Shown: positions 22,505 through 49,780 of the stretch, piece after piece
How positions within the stretch are numbered: the first letter of the stretch is position 1
Layout: every line of letters begins with the position of its first letter
From: Hormiphora californensis
Taxonomy: Eukaryota > Animalia > Ctenophora
Reading direction: 5' to 3'
NCBI GenBank assembly: GCA_020137815.1
Contig: CM035352.1
Location: 4,526,001 to 4,590,000 of the forward strand
DNA: 64,000 bases
Made by a program: the position numbers and the translations under genes
The notes under the pieces: generated by a model
The model's database searches: none
The model's input: only the letters and a program-made list of their open reading frames with translations
What the model was told of the DNA's origin: nothing

Positions 22505-22614
22505 CTTCTCCGCTACATGATTCTACCCAAATCATTATAAAAATCTTTAGAGTGGTTTTCTTTTCAAATCCTTGCGTTACTTTAATTCTACAGTTCTCTT
22601 TTTGTTTCTTAAAG

Positions 22615-22905
22615 TGAGAGGTGCACAAAAACGAAATTTGGAATAATTTCCAATACACAAGAAAGAAGCATGGGACCACCGTCCACCAACTTGTTTCTTT
22701 TGATCCAAGGAACACTTTAGTGAAGGTCCGATGCTTCTAACTTGTGTTTGAAGCCTGCACGTACATGCGCGTTCCTAGTTATGAAGGAATTTCAACCACA
22801 ACATAGAGACGTCATCTTTTCACCAAACTTTTAATTAGACACCAAGGATTGTAACAAACAATTAGTTTAGACATTATTCCAAATTTCGTTTTCGTGCACC
22901 TCTCA
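22615..22905. mobile_element. MITE with ~33-bp TIRs
   Basis: tgagaggtgcacaaaaacgaaatttggaataat ... attattccaaatttcgttttcgtgcacctctca. Confidence 0.75.
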
Positions 22906-23729
22906 GTCTAACTTTAACCCATGCTCTTCGAGAATACTATACCACTGTGTACACGTTCCTAATTAGTTTTGGATTGTTTGTTTTGGGTCAGAGTGTAGTA
23001 TTATTATAGGAATAGGATGATAGGATAGGGGAGGCCTTGAGAGAGAGGAGTGAGATGGGGAGTCTGCCAATCGATTCGTGTGCTTTTTTTGCGTCAGAAA
23101 TTAACAGTTATTTGATTTCTTTTCCCAAACATTCCATCTCTTTTTTCAATATTCTTTGCATTTTGTCTTTCTTTGCTGATTTAGAAACATCACAAAACAT
23201 GTTGAGAAGTGAACGTACCATGTTCGGGGAGGGAGATAATAAAGAATCTGATCATGATATGCGTGAGAGATATAATAGAAAGATGAAAAGAGAGAGGGAA
23301 AGAATAAAGATAGAGATAGACCGAGGTAGAGGGAGACAACGATAGAGGGAGACGTATCACGTACAAAGATAGAGAGAGAAAAACTGTGTTGGTGAAGAAA
23401 CGCGGTATGTGTCAAAGCTGGAATTATGTTTGTTTTTACTGCTGCGGTGATCACTTTATTTAGTTAAACTGGAAGGAACTTTCGAGTTTGTCAGAGCCAG
23501 AGTGCGGTTAAGTGAGAAGTATGAAGAGAGGGAATGAAGCAGACGGGGGAAGAAAAATGAGACGGGGAGAGAAAAATGAGACGGAGAGAGATCGGGAGAG
23601 ATGGAGGTTGTGGTCTGTGAGAGAGGGAATATGTGTTATGTGTTATGCGATGGTGGTAACGAAGTATGCAATGTGCGGGAACGACCTTCATAATTACAGA
23701 GCGGAGGAGAGAGAGAGAGAGAGAGAAAA

Positions 23730-23797
<68 letters not shown>

Positions 23798-24278
23798 TGT
23801 GAGTGTAACTGTCGACAGCCAGTGTCCCATGTCTTTCTGGTTTTCCATCCTCCGAATTTTAAAAAGAATTCTCACTTCTCTCTACCTCTTTCATTTCTCC
23901 TGTTTATCGTTGATACTCACTGTCTAGTGTCTGTTATACAAAACGGTCTGAACAAACTTCTCCCCTCACTTCCCTCTCCCGTCACCCCCCCCCCCCCCCC
24001 CCCCCCATTCTAAAGACATCCTCAGACCCACTTCCCTCGCTCATTCTTATTTCTCCCCACCCTCTCCAACCTGCTCCCTCCCTCAACCCTCTTCCTCCGG
24101 CCTACCGGCTCCCCAACCCCCTCCCTTCTCCCTCCTCACCCTATAATTTCTCCCTTCCCTCCCTCCCCTTCCCCTCCTCACCCCATAATGTTTTCATATA
24201 GGAAGGGACAGCACGGTGCGTGTGTGGAAAGGTCACAAGGTGTTCGGTGTTATCAGTTCCCTGCTCCAGGCTGGCGGT

Positions 24279-25666
24279 ATGCCCACCGCTATCTCCACCT
24301 CCACACCACAACAACAACAAAACACTGTCGAAACTTCATCTACCTCCAGCGATTCTTCCTACGTGTCCACTGTAGCTGAGTTAACTGAGCCCTCCCCTCC
24401 TTCAACGACTGCCCTCGTTAATAACAAACAGCAAGTAACGAGTAACAGTAAGAAACGGGCCCAGAGAAAAAGAAAGAAGATGGCGAGCACAGTTCCGCCT
24501 CCTCCCCCTCCTACATGCAGTGACGTCACTAACACGTCACGTGATAACAACGTGACGTCATACGCTGATATTCTCAGTAAAACACCCCTCCTTACCTCGC
24601 AATGCTCCAGCGAGACTGACTTGACGGTGGGGAGTGTACTACCGAGCGTCAATAACAGCTTCTCTAGTAGCTGTCCTAATATCGTGTGGGGACAATCTGT
24701 AAAAACACAAGAGGAGAAACTGGAGCTAAGAGAGCGACCCGTGGAGCAGAATGTAGGCGTAGATAGGCCTGTTGTAGATCGATCTGCATTCAGGAACACA
24801 GAGAAACCTGCAGAACGATCACACACTGAGAGACCTGCAGAACGATCACATTCTGAGAGACCTGCAGAGAGACTACTGCACACGGAGAGGCCTGCAGAGA
24901 GACTACACACGGAGAGGCCTGCAGAGAGACTACACACGGAGAGGCCTGCAGAGAGACTACACACGGAGAGAAATATGGAGAGGCCTGCTGAGAGAAATAA
25001 TATGGGAAGGGCTGTAGAAAAGCATAATGAGAGATCACGGGAAACTATGGAAAGATTTGGAGAAAGAGTGGTTGAAAGGAACATCGTAGAAATGAACAGG
25101 GAACATCAGAGTGGAAGGAATAGGGAACAGCACCAGAGCTTTGGAGGACCGAATAGGGAACAGCACCAGAGCTTTGGAGGACCGAATAGGACTGTCTTGA
25201 AACCCTACAGCAGAGACATTCACGATAAAATTACAGACTCCCATCAAAATCTTATTAACTATTTTTCAACAGGTAATATTGGTTTGTATGTCTGTCTGTC
25301 TGACTTTCTCTTTCTGTCTGTCTGTCTGTCTTTCTCTTTCTGTCTGTCTGTCTGTATCTGTCTGTCTTTCTCTTTCTGTCTGTCTGTATCTGTCTGTCTG
25401 TCTTTCTCTTTCTGTCTGTCTGTTTGTCTGTCTGTCTATCTCTGTCTCTGTTTGTACGTCAATGTACATTCTGCATGATTTCCATTGTCTACAGCTACAC
25501 TCCGTAGTTTCGTATATTGTCAACACATTTCTCTCTCTCTGTGTACTTGTGTGTGTGTGTGTATGTGTTTAGAAGCCCTTCTCTCACACACACAACCCCT
25601 CTTTCAGAGTGGAGACGACACATTACAGGTAATTCTTGCATGCAATATATTCTCAAGGCTGCATGA
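24279..25666 (+). CDS. Low-complexity protein with a C-terminal MCRIP/FAM195-like segment. Exons 24279-25272, 25608-25666; start uncertain
   Basis: Long ORF with a basic NLS-like stretch (KKRAQRKRKK) and HTERPAERL repeats. The spliced end TDSHQNLINYFST|EWRRHITGNSCMQYILKAA* resembles FAM195 'HEENVRFVxEAW...VQYVEK'. Confidence 0.55.
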
Positions 25667-27054
25667 CACAGAGAGAGGGGGAGCTGGGCTGTTAATTTGA
25701 AGCCTGATTTCTCCTCCTCCTTCGAATGCGGTTTAAATTTCCAATCCCGCCCTGGAATGGAATGTAGTAGAAATATGTGTCATTGGGAGGCGCTGTACTG
25801 ATGTGTGACGTGGGGTTTGGTACACAATAAAATAGTGGCCTGATGAGTGATCCAGGGAACGGGTGGAACGCGCCAGACGACATTCCCCTCATTTCTTGAT
25901 TTGTATGCGCAATATCGCGCGCGAAACTGCCGCGCGTCAAGAACCGTGGGAAAATTCCATACAAATTGGCTAACACTTCACTGTAATTTTCCAGGCAGCG
26001 GCGGGAGGAACAGGATACCATAGGACACAACAATACAAGATGATATTGCAAGAGCTGGATCAGCAGATTAAAGGGTGACCCCACAAAATATTAGGACTGA
26101 ACGATTGAGAAATGCGGAAATGATTAGGAACGAAAGTTTTAGTTTTTGTATTGGAGCTCTATATTATGATTATAATTTCGAGACAGCTTTATTATTATCA
26201 AAAGGATGAGTGAAAGATAGTTTGATACTGAATGTGCAATACATGTGTGAAAGGAAACCCCGTTTTTTACATTTGCTTTCATTTTCCATATCGGACTAGC
26301 AGTTAGTTTCTTTTCAATGTTCACCAGTTCACATAGCTTAAAACAACTAATAATTTGTTTCTGGTTTTTCAATTTCTTAAATATACGCGTGTTTACTCTT
26401 TAAAATATAGGCCAAAAACGAGTTATCAAGTGTTGGCTTCACAGGAATTCCAATATTTCCCTGTCTTGCGGCGCCAGACGTGACCCCATTTGATTCTCAA
26501 TCCGGTCAGATCGGGTCGTCGGACATATTTTCCATCGGCAATTGGCACCACGGACCCCATCTGAGCTCACTGTCGAGAATAAATCGGGGTCTGGGACAGG
26601 TTGGTACTCGTTTCTGGCCTATAGTGGTGTATAAAATAGGAAAAGACGGTGTTTGAAACGGAACAAAGTTTGTTCTACAGTAAAACAACGCGGTTATAAA
26701 TATCAATTCGACTCTCCATATACCAATCCTTCATGAACCCGCGTCCCTTGCCCCACATGTTGGGTAACCACTATAAGTATATAGGGAGAGCTAAATGCTA
26801 GCACTGCTATATCACTTCTCAAAAGGGGATACTACTCAACAACAAAAGCCGGTAGTCGTAGGAGCCGCCTACCGGCACCGCCTTTGCTATACGAAATTCT
26901 TGTCAATGATCGGAGCGTCCCTGTTAATCGGGATCTAACTTGTTGAATACTTACTCAACAAGGTCCGACTGTATTCATATTTCACGAGATAGTGAAATTC
27001 ATTATAAAATCCATTAATCAATTCGGCTCGATGAAATTCAATTAATTGTTTTTG

Positions 27055-39949
<12,895 letters not shown>

Positions 39950-40074
39950 CTGCAATAAGAGAGAATGATTAGAATGTATGCTTAGTTGGTTCTAATTGGT
40001 ATAGGTAACTAGTATTTTAGGTATGGAGGAGATGAATGATCCCCATGGAAGTATGAAATGAACGTCCTGCATAC

Positions 40075-40930
40075 TTCTAGAGTTGTGTTTCAGAGACGTC
40101 CCTTCAAAGATGTCTTCATAGAGGCTGGCCCTCTTCTCTTCTTTCTCAATAAACAAATCATCTTCCCGCATCAGTGTTCCAAACTTCTCCTCCACAAATG
40201 AGAAAGGGTAGGACATGAACTGTTTGATGTTAGAACTCTTCTCCACCAACTTCATCTCCGAATCATTCCACAGATAGTTAGCCCGGTTGTACGATGTATA
40301 AACTTCATGGATTATAAACAGGTTACTGGTCCATTTGTAGTGCTTTAGAAAGGCGTTTATATTCCCGCTTGACCCCGAATCATCCATTCTAATTGTATTT
40401 TGAAGTCCTTTTGTTTCCTTCGCAGTACCAGCAATAGCCACTGATTGCAAACTCATAACATCCGGGGTACAGTACACGAACAGTGCCTGATTGAGATAAC
40501 AATATAATGCAGAGGTTTGGGATGACAAGTCTTTGTGGGAACCCAACACGAATGTAGGAGACCTCCCCTCGTTCACTAAGTTCCTCAGGCATCTCTCAGT
40601 CTTCCACTCGTCCCCACAATCCAATGGGGTTCCTGGGTTTGGTGGATTACTCATGTGTTCAATATCCCACTCTGTAGGTGTGATGTTCCAAGCCGTCAAC
40701 AAAGACAAATCATCTATTAGAGAGTTCGATCCGGCAAGTGCTTGTAGTTTCTGAAGGGCCACATAAGCACCCGGACCTGTCTCGAATCCAAGGAACTGTG
40801 GATTTTCAAACAATAAAGCTCCAAATGATGATTTGAAATCCGCTCTGTATAAGTCCAAAAACCCATAAATTGGGCTCTGATCGGCCGCGTGACAGGATAT
40901 GAACAAGCCGAGTAGGATGAAGAGATACAT
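40075..40930 (-). CDS. Guanylyl cyclase proximal alternative N-terminal exon (signal peptide plus first part of the ligand-binding domain, 285 aa)
   Basis: MYLFILLGLFISCHA signal, TFVLGS, NAFLKHYKW. Ends CAC AAC TCT AGA A|gtatgc, phase 1, in frame with the exon starting at 39949. Confidence 0.85.
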
Positions 40931-41429
40931 CGCATTGGAATGTTCACGAGCAATCTGATCTGAGGTGGGTTAGTTAGACAAGAAAAATGTTGTTGAGTAA
41001 CAATTTACTCAACGAAAAAATGGGGACAGTCCACAGCTGGCAAACAAAATATTAATAGTTTAAAAAAATTGCAAGAATAGAGCGAATGACAACCAAGAAA
41101 AATTTTTAGAGACGTATCTTTTTCTAATATGCGAGCTATCGTGGTGTGCTACAGTAACAGCTTGCAAAATACCTCAGCTTGCAAAGTACCTCAAGAATAT
41201 AAAGGTAAATGTTTTGGGTTCTGAAACGTACCCCTCCACACTTTTCTCATTCTCTCTCTATCTTTCTCTCTCACTCCTTCTCTCTCTTTCTCTTTCTCTC
41301 CCTCTTTCTCTCTCTGCTGTCTCTGAGGGCGGTGAGGTGCGGATCATAGTAAAAACCGAATCAAGTGTGGCCACCCTGGTGCTACCTGTTTTGATGTGTT
41401 GTGTCACACGAGCTATCTAACAAGTGGTC

Positions 41430-41752
41430 TCTACCCTACCTCCCTCTCTCTCTCTCTCTCTCTCTCCTCTCCTCTCATCTCTCTCTCTCTCCCCTTCTCT
41501 CTCTCTCTCTCTCATCTCCTCTCTCTCTCTCTCTCTCTCCCTCTCTCTCTCTGCTTTCTCTCTCTCCTCTCTCTTCTCTCTCCTTTTCTCCTCGCTCCCT
41601 CTCCTCGCCTCTCATCTCCTCGTCTCTCTCCTCTCTCTCTCTCTCTCTCTGTCTCTCTTCTCTCTCTCTCCTCTGCTCATCTCTCTCTCTCTCTCTCTCA
41701 TCCTCTCCTCCTCTCTCTCTCCTCTCTCTCCTCCCCTCTCTCTCTCCTCTCA

Positions 41753-41800
<48 letters not shown>

Positions 41801-41805
41801 CTCTC

Positions 41806-41862
<57 letters not shown>

Positions 41863-41890
41863 TCTCTCTCTCTTTCCCTCTCTATCTCTC
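41430..41890. repeat. Degenerate (CT)n tract. Other GA/CT tracts at ~22413-22500, 23707-23796, 42620-42905, 43520-43735, 44733-44792, 45292-45406, 46085-46209, 49693-49776, 53063-53193, 58717-58798
   Basis: Direct observation; these tracts are the source of the spurious ERER/LSLS ORFs. Confidence 0.95.
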
Positions 41891-42028
41891 TGACTTCTAA
41901 GGGAACAGCAACTTCTGCCAGAGGTGGCGGAATGGCTTTTCTCCAGGAGGAGGGCTAGGCTAGCGCTGACGAAAATTGCAGTTTATTGTTCATACATTGG
42001 GAGCAAACGTGGGGCCGGAGGCCCTGCA

Positions 42029-42109
42029 TTGATTATTTTGTACCGGCCAAAATTCATGTTTTGCAGGGCCTGCAAAAAACATGAATTTTGGCCGGTACAA
42101 AATAATCAA
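42029..42109. repeat. 81-bp palindrome
   Basis: ttgattattttgtaccggccaaaattcatgtttt...aaaacatgaattttggccggtacaaaataatcaa. Confidence 0.8.
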
Positions 42110-42632
42110 GAGTTGAGCAATCTAAGACGCCTAGCCCCATTCAAATTTTAGAAGAAGTTGAAGCTCCAGACCCCTCCGATTCACAGATATTTTTCAATGG
42201 ACTTAGTTGGATATTTAACATTGTAGTATTTTCCCTAAAAGGGAACACAACACAAGCCCAAATGCACCAGAAGTATCTAGAAGGGTTTGTAAGTTGTAAT
42301 TTTTCTAACCACCCTGATTGATTTCTATTTACGTGAGACAGGATGCTACAAAGGCTTTAACACGATTTTTTGACCACCTAGCGCCCCGCCCCTACGAGAC
42401 AGTAGCATTCTTTGCCATTCTCAGACATCCCTCTCCCCCTCTCTCTATCTATCTATCTCGCTCTCTCTCTTCCTTGTCACGGGTCACAAATCTAATACTG
42501 GATGCGAGCTTGAATATATTGAGGGCGAGCTAGGCAACAGCATGGCAACAGGGATCAAGACGGCCTTAACAAGAATCTGAAAGGGCAGGCCCCTAACCAA
42601 TAACCATACAGATATGGATAGAGAGGGAAAGA

Positions 42633-42744
<112 letters not shown>

Positions 42745-42807
42745 GATGAGAGAGAGAGAGATGCTAGAGAGAAAGAAAGAGAGAAGGAGAGAAAGAAATA
42801 GAGAGAA

Positions 42808-42867
<60 letters not shown>

Positions 42868-43516
42868 TGAGAGAGAAAGAGAGAATGAGGGAGAAAGAGA
42901 GAATATGTGAGAGATATATGATAAAACTTATAATGAATATTGGATGAATATTGGATAAGTTCAATCACACATATTACAACTACCATCACTCCTTTACTTT
43001 CGAGAAACCTTGTGTGGTTCTCCAGCTGGTATGGTGCCAGTCTAGCTCCAATACTGGGACAATACCACACCGTAATTTGCTAAAGTGCACCCGTTGAATG
43101 CAGGAGCTGTTTCAGGCGAGAACTGAGTTAAATCCTTCTAATTTGGATCCATTGCATCCAATGTGAGATCGATCTCGCTCAGGTGTCAATGTCACCAACC
43201 CTCTTAAATGGGGTCGACTATAGTATCATTTTGATCTGATATTATATGCCCACCCACGGACCTATACGACCATCTCATAATCCCATTATGTCCTACTATG
43301 TTCATGAAAATGAAAGAGCGATTGTCGTTGATTGGTAGAGAGGACGGTAGAGAGGGAGAGAAAGGGAGAGAAAGAGGGGAGAAAGGGAGAGTGAAAAGGG
43401 AAGAAAGATAAAATGGTTTCACCCTGCAATTGAGTAACTCTGCGACTGAGAGGATTTCTCAATGGTGTGTTTGTTTGAGTGCTGCACAGCTAATGGCGTT
43501 CTATTCAATGAAATGG

Positions 43517-43606
<90 letters not shown>

Positions 43607-43616
43607 GAGAGAGAGA

Positions 43617-43738
<122 letters not shown>

Positions 43739-44726
43739 AAGCTAGAAAGAGTGAAATAGAGACCCATCATGGACCTTGCCACTTTCGCGTCATGTTCTCA
43801 GTCTAATTACAAAGCAATAGTATGAACATCAGCCCAATATAATACTTGATAGACTACAATCTGCCCAATATTAGGTACAGTCGGACCCCGATTTACCGGG
43901 AGGATAAACTTCCCCCGAAATATTTTGGCCCATTTTCAAGGAAAATCTCAGTTTTCCGAAATTGCTAATTAGCCATGTCATGTGATCTCTATCGAATCGT
44001 GAATGGATTAGAATAGATACGTGACGACTAATCAGGGTGATAGAGGTGGAGATTACTTGATAGACTACAATCTCAATTCTCAAATAGTAGTATCAGCAGA
44101 TACAGCAAGCCCTCTTAATTTACTAGTGACGTACCCTTCGTTTAATAGCACTGTGATTCTAAGCTCCCATTTACTTACAGAACTTTGATATTGGGACTGT
44201 TAGCAATGGCCGACCACTTATAACGAAAATACTAGCAAATTGAAACACTAATGAGGCGTATCGATATTTGACACGATTCTGGGACAGTTTGTGGATTTTT
44301 GTTTATTATTTTAAGGGTCGAACAAGGCAATGTCCTCTCATATATTTGAATACACATCCATCCCCGAATACCCCGAAAAAGTAACCATGTGCTGTATTCA
44401 TTTGACATTAGCGATGAGTTTTTATTTAGACAGTGCATTTTAAACAAAATATCCATCAAAATTCGAACTAAACCAAGCGGACTGCTGTATGGCTAATAAA
44501 GAGAAAGTCAGAAATACTGCTGCAGTTCAGCTCCTGACACAATATTTATAGAGAAACTAGAAAAGATATTATCATATTTAAAATGGAATAACACTAACAG
44601 AGATAAAAAGGGGGAAGATAGAGAGACTGGAGCAGGGTATAGAACATTGGTGACAGGTGTGTTATAACAGCTGCCGCTGTGCTGTTGTACTCACTGAGTA
44701 CTTTCATGCAACGAGAGAGAGAAAGA

Positions 44727-44795
<69 letters not shown>

Positions 44796-45288
44796 TAGGA
44801 ATTTAATGACTATAAGAGAGGAAAGAATAGACACTGAAAGCAAACAGACGCTGTCGGGAGAAGATTCGACAGGTTTGAAACAGCTAGAGATGACTGGCGA
44901 GACAGAACGAGAAGTATCAGGAGATATCACCTCTATCTAGATAGGATTAGGAAGGCTGGAGATACAGCATGGTAGTAAGCTCGATGTAGTACAGCTGCTG
45001 CTCGATAGTGCTGCAGACACCTGGCGAAACGCGTGTACTACAGCATACAGACGCCATACGTCATGGGTTCGTGACCAATAAGTTTATATAGCAACCAGTT
45101 CCGCAAAACAGATCCAAGTCCTAATAGTAATAAGTTGGATCCAATAAAACATTAAACAATACCTGCTCTTAAAATCTCCTTGACCGTGCCAGAACCTAGA
45201 CTACATATTATTCAAGGAAAATCTTTGTGCCACAATTATTAAGATCATTAGGAACTCAGATTTTTCTCATTCTCTTTTTCTTTCTCTA

Positions 45289-45409
<121 letters not shown>

Positions 45410-46075
45410 TTCCATCTCCTTCTCCCAAATCAAACCTCCTAAACACGTGCCCGAGCCTTTGTGTCACTGTGGGCTGTGAGAAAATGTAAATTTGGATCGA
45501 AGAGTAGAGACAGCCTTGTCTGACAAGAATTTATTTAGGAGAATTCAATTGATTTGAAGCACATGAGCGTAACAACTTGCGGTTATGACAGACCCTAAGA
45601 ACCTGATGATTTATGTACCTTGCGGTTATGACGCATTATTTAAGTTCACCCTAAGAACCTGTTGGTATCGAGGACACCTCACACACAGGCCTTCGTTTGG
45701 CGCGGTGCGCTTCGTGCACCGGCAAGGGAACCTGGTGATTTATACCCTGTGAATTCCATGCCAAGCTAATCTCATGACGATGATTTCACTGATTTAAGCC
45801 TAAATGTATTGGTGAATACTTGCCAGTCTACGAAATGTAACCATGGTGAAGTATTCAAATTAATTAGTGAACTCAAGGGAAGGCACGGATTCAACAAAAT
45901 GATGAACGGGAACGGTCAGGGGGAGGTGGAAGAGATAGAGAGGGAAACATATCACAAGCTGTACTTATATTCTGTGTCATTTCTACCAAGCTGCAGGAGA
46001 TCAAATTCTGTCTCAGATTCTTAGTAGGGCTCATATAGTTGTCGTCATTAGATGATATCAGAGAGAAGGTGAGAA

Positions 46076-46212
<137 letters not shown>

Positions 46213-46724
46213 TGGTAATCTGGGGATTAGTTTTACTCTACATAGAATCGTGTTTATAATTAATAACATAAGGTAAGGCTAACTCGAGAGTCGCGTCGAG
46301 ACTGGTGCTAGTCGAAGTAAAGTAGCCTGAAATACATAGATAGTGAGAGGGAGAGGAGAGGAAAGAGAGTGAGCGAGAGGGTGAGAGAAGCTGAAGGAGG
46401 GAAAGGGAGAAAAATAGAGAGAACGGGAGAAAGAGGGAAAAGGAGAAAGAGAGAAAAGAGAGAAACTCTCTCAGAGAGGTAAGATTAGGGATATTTTCAG
46501 AATACCACCTGCAAGCTCCTTCCCTTCCCCCTCTCTCTACGACCAGTCTACACCGTCTATAACCCCCTCTAACACGATTCCAATTGTAGGAATAGTTTAG
46601 ATTATTAGATATTATTAAACGAGATGATCAAAGAGGATTAGAGGATTGAAGTCGGAGTCGTCTGAACGCTATGGTGTATTAACTAAAATATTATACAAAG
46701 AATAATTTCAATAGTTATTTTTAC

Positions 46725-48701
46725 CTCGGCACATTTTCGGAACTTCGAACGTTAGGTACTCAGTTGCTTGGCTCATTTTATTATCCTCAGTGTAGTAAAC
46801 TTCATGATAAATCTTGTATTCCTCCTGAAAATGATGACCATATAAGAAACAGTTGTTATGTTGTTATGTGCTGAAGGACGCTGTGAAACAGGGCAAGGCA
46901 AAAGGCCAAAAGAACAGCTCTAGATCACTATCAGTTACTAAACAGCTTCTAAATAGGGGGAGGGGTTCAATTCACCGCTTTTTGGCATTTTTGGCTAACA
47001 AAATTAGAGAGGAGCGAGGAGAGTGGTTAAACCTGTCTGGCGCCGAGAATCAAATGGGGTATGGCGCCGCCATACAGGGTTAAACTGGTTTATATATGGC
47101 ATCGCACTGACAGATTGTAACTGCTGCTCCACCTGAGCTGAATGTAAAGATCTCATTGATAACACTCCATATTTCTGGCCCACCCTGTACATATTATCTA
47201 CCTGGATGGACAGAATGAGCTCATTCGCCAGATTTGCATTGTCCCCGACCTCCCCGAACACTTGGAGATGTGCAAACTCCCAGCGATAGTCCTTAAAAAG
47301 GGCTTCTAGGATTGGTAGTAGTCGGTCCTTTACTTCTAAATCAATATTGTTTGTCACCTGCAGGACCGGAAATAAAGGAGTAGGAGGGTTACTGACTGAC
47401 TGACTGACTGACTGACTGACTGACTGACTGACTGACTGACTGACTGACTGACTGACTGACTGACTGACTGACTGACTGACTGACTGACTGACCTGACTGA
47501 CTGACTGACTGACTGACTGACTGACTGACTGACTGACTGACTGACTGACTGACTGACTGACTGACTGACTGACTGACTGACTGACTGACTGACTGACTGA
47601 CTGACTGACTGACTGACTGACTGACTGACTGACTGACTCACTGACTCACTGACTCACTGACTGACTCACTGACTGACTCACTGACTGACTGACTCACTGA
47701 CTCACTGACTCACTCACTGACTGACTCACTCACTCACTCACTGACTCACTGAATGACTGAATGGCCGACTGGCTCACTGACCGAATGACTGACCTGTGAA
47801 TTGTGCTCGTAAGGATTCTCGTTGTCTCCGCTCACAGCAGCATCGTCAGCCGCAGTAGTTTTTCCAATACCGAACATACAATTAAACATGGATGGATAGC
47901 AGAAAGGTTTCACGAAGACCATGAAAAACATAGGACCAAGAATGAGGGTGACCTCTGATCTGGGTCGGTCAGGAGAGGGATACTTCCGGGTCACAAGCTC
48001 CCGTTCAACTTGGGACATCGTCTCAGCGATGGAACTGAAATCCTAAACAGAAGTTCGAATTGGCGAAGGTGGAAGACTTGTCTGGCATTACGCTGGCAGT
48101 GGAAGATTGGATCAGAGGCAGCGAAATCAATCAATAATCGAGTCTAAACTCAGCTAACTCGGGCTAACTCAAGCTAAACAGTCACTATTAACGAGTCTTG
48201 ATGGCAAACCTGAAAGACAAGTTTGTACGCCAGATCCTTTCCTGTCGCAGTCTTGAACTGTTCGTCTATCTGTTCCAGTGCTATCAAAGAGGCTGATCCA
48301 TGGAGCGCCATATCAGTGTTAAACATTATCGATATCGGGCTGGTATCAAAAAACAAGACCATGACCTGAAATCAGGGAGTTATTTGCCCCCATTATCATA
48401 CAATATACATTACTAAACACTTTTCTACAGAAAATAACCTTGCTAGAAGTAGAAATGGTTGTTAATTAACAACTTATTTACAGTTATAACGGTTGCTAAA
48501 AACTTGGTGACATATAGACACCTGGCGCGACCCCCGCACACTGTGTGTGAGCTCAATCTTGGTCGCGCACGGTGTCTATGTCAACAAGCTAAAAACCTGG
48601 TAGGGTGTGGTATAATCATCGCTCTGAACTTGTTCCAACCCATCGGTCGTTAGAACCAATGTGGTCCACAGTAGAACAGCACAGGGGCAGCTCCAGACCA
48701 T
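46725..48701 (-). CDS. Guanylyl cyclase distal alternative N-terminal module (255 aa). Exons 48597-48701, 48210-48365, 47794-48042, 47202-47357, 46725-46824
   Basis: MVWSCPCAVLLWTTLVLTTDG signal, four phase-0 GT-AG introns, HGSASLIALEQI, TLILGP, LEALFKDYRW. Ends ATG TGC CGA G|gtaaaa (phase 1). No other downstream partner exon was found before 40960/39949. Confidence 0.75.
47391..47793. repeat. (CTGA)n microsatellite filling almost an entire intron
   Basis: On the minus strand it begins at donor GTCAGT and continues as (CAGT)n. Confidence 0.95.
48504..48587. mobile_element. Hairpin MITE copy 5 (84-bp variant)
   Basis: TSD gctaaaaac, which includes the intron GT of distal cyclase exon 1. Confidence 0.85.
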
Positions 48702-49690
48702 GATACTGGTCCCAGTACAACTTTAGAGTTGGTAAGGAACGAGAACAGTAGATAATGTTGGTTAAGAATTGGGAGCAGCTGATAAAACTGGAAAGTGGTA
48801 AAGAAAGGGAGCGGTAGATATAATGCTGGAGCTGGTAAAGAATATTGGGCTAGATTCCTAGTTCCACCGATATATCTATATTCCGTTCTCAAGCTACATG
48901 TCTCGTGATGCTGATGGCCAGCAGCGGCTATGTAACAAAGCTAATGGAGGTTGGATTTAGTTTTTTCTTTGTCATCCCGTCCTCTCGGACTATGCACTGC
49001 CCTCACAAAACATTTAGACTACTCTAAATTTACAGAATCGAGAATGGAGAACCTAATATTGTTGGTCCAAAGCAATAAACGGATCGGTGTTACATTTTCA
49101 CTGGAATATGCGAATTGCTCACTACAATCGCTGTTACTAAAACTTTAAGTAAAACTTGTATTGGGATTCTCAAAAAGTAATAGTACAACATACAAATTTG
49201 AATCTAAACTAAAACAGAAAAATCAGCTCTATAACTAAATGTTTGGCTGTGTGAATCAAGGTGATTTGGTAGTATGGGCCCTCTACCTATATACAACTAA
49301 TGAACTGCTCTGAAGTTAATGTGATTGATGGAGAGAGAGAGAGAGGGAGAGAGATAGGAAGATACTGATAGAGGGAGTGCACGCATTTCGGGGACTGGCT
49401 AGGACTGGCTAGTTAGTTCTGCCGCTCAGAAAACGAAGCTCAGATCCAAAATATATTTGCCGAAAAATTATTTGAAACACACTATAGGTAAACACACACA
49501 CACACACAAACTGCAAGTCCCCTACTACACCCTACAGCTGGCATTTCCCTGCTTCTTCAGCATCATTCTCTCTATAGTTTCAGCAGGTATAATCTCTCCA
49601 GATATCCAAAGTTGTATTTGTGTGAATATTTCTACACATGAGTGAGAACAGGCATAGTAACAGGGATTAGTGAAGTTACTTAAAAACCAT

Positions 49691-49780
<90 letters not shown>

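Noticed and set aside
25692-26706. ORFs 25692-26084 and 26506-26706 as genes
   Set aside because: No recognisable domain; the region shares the ggcgcc...ccccatttgattctc repeat motif with 28882 and 47040, so it is likely a TE remnant.
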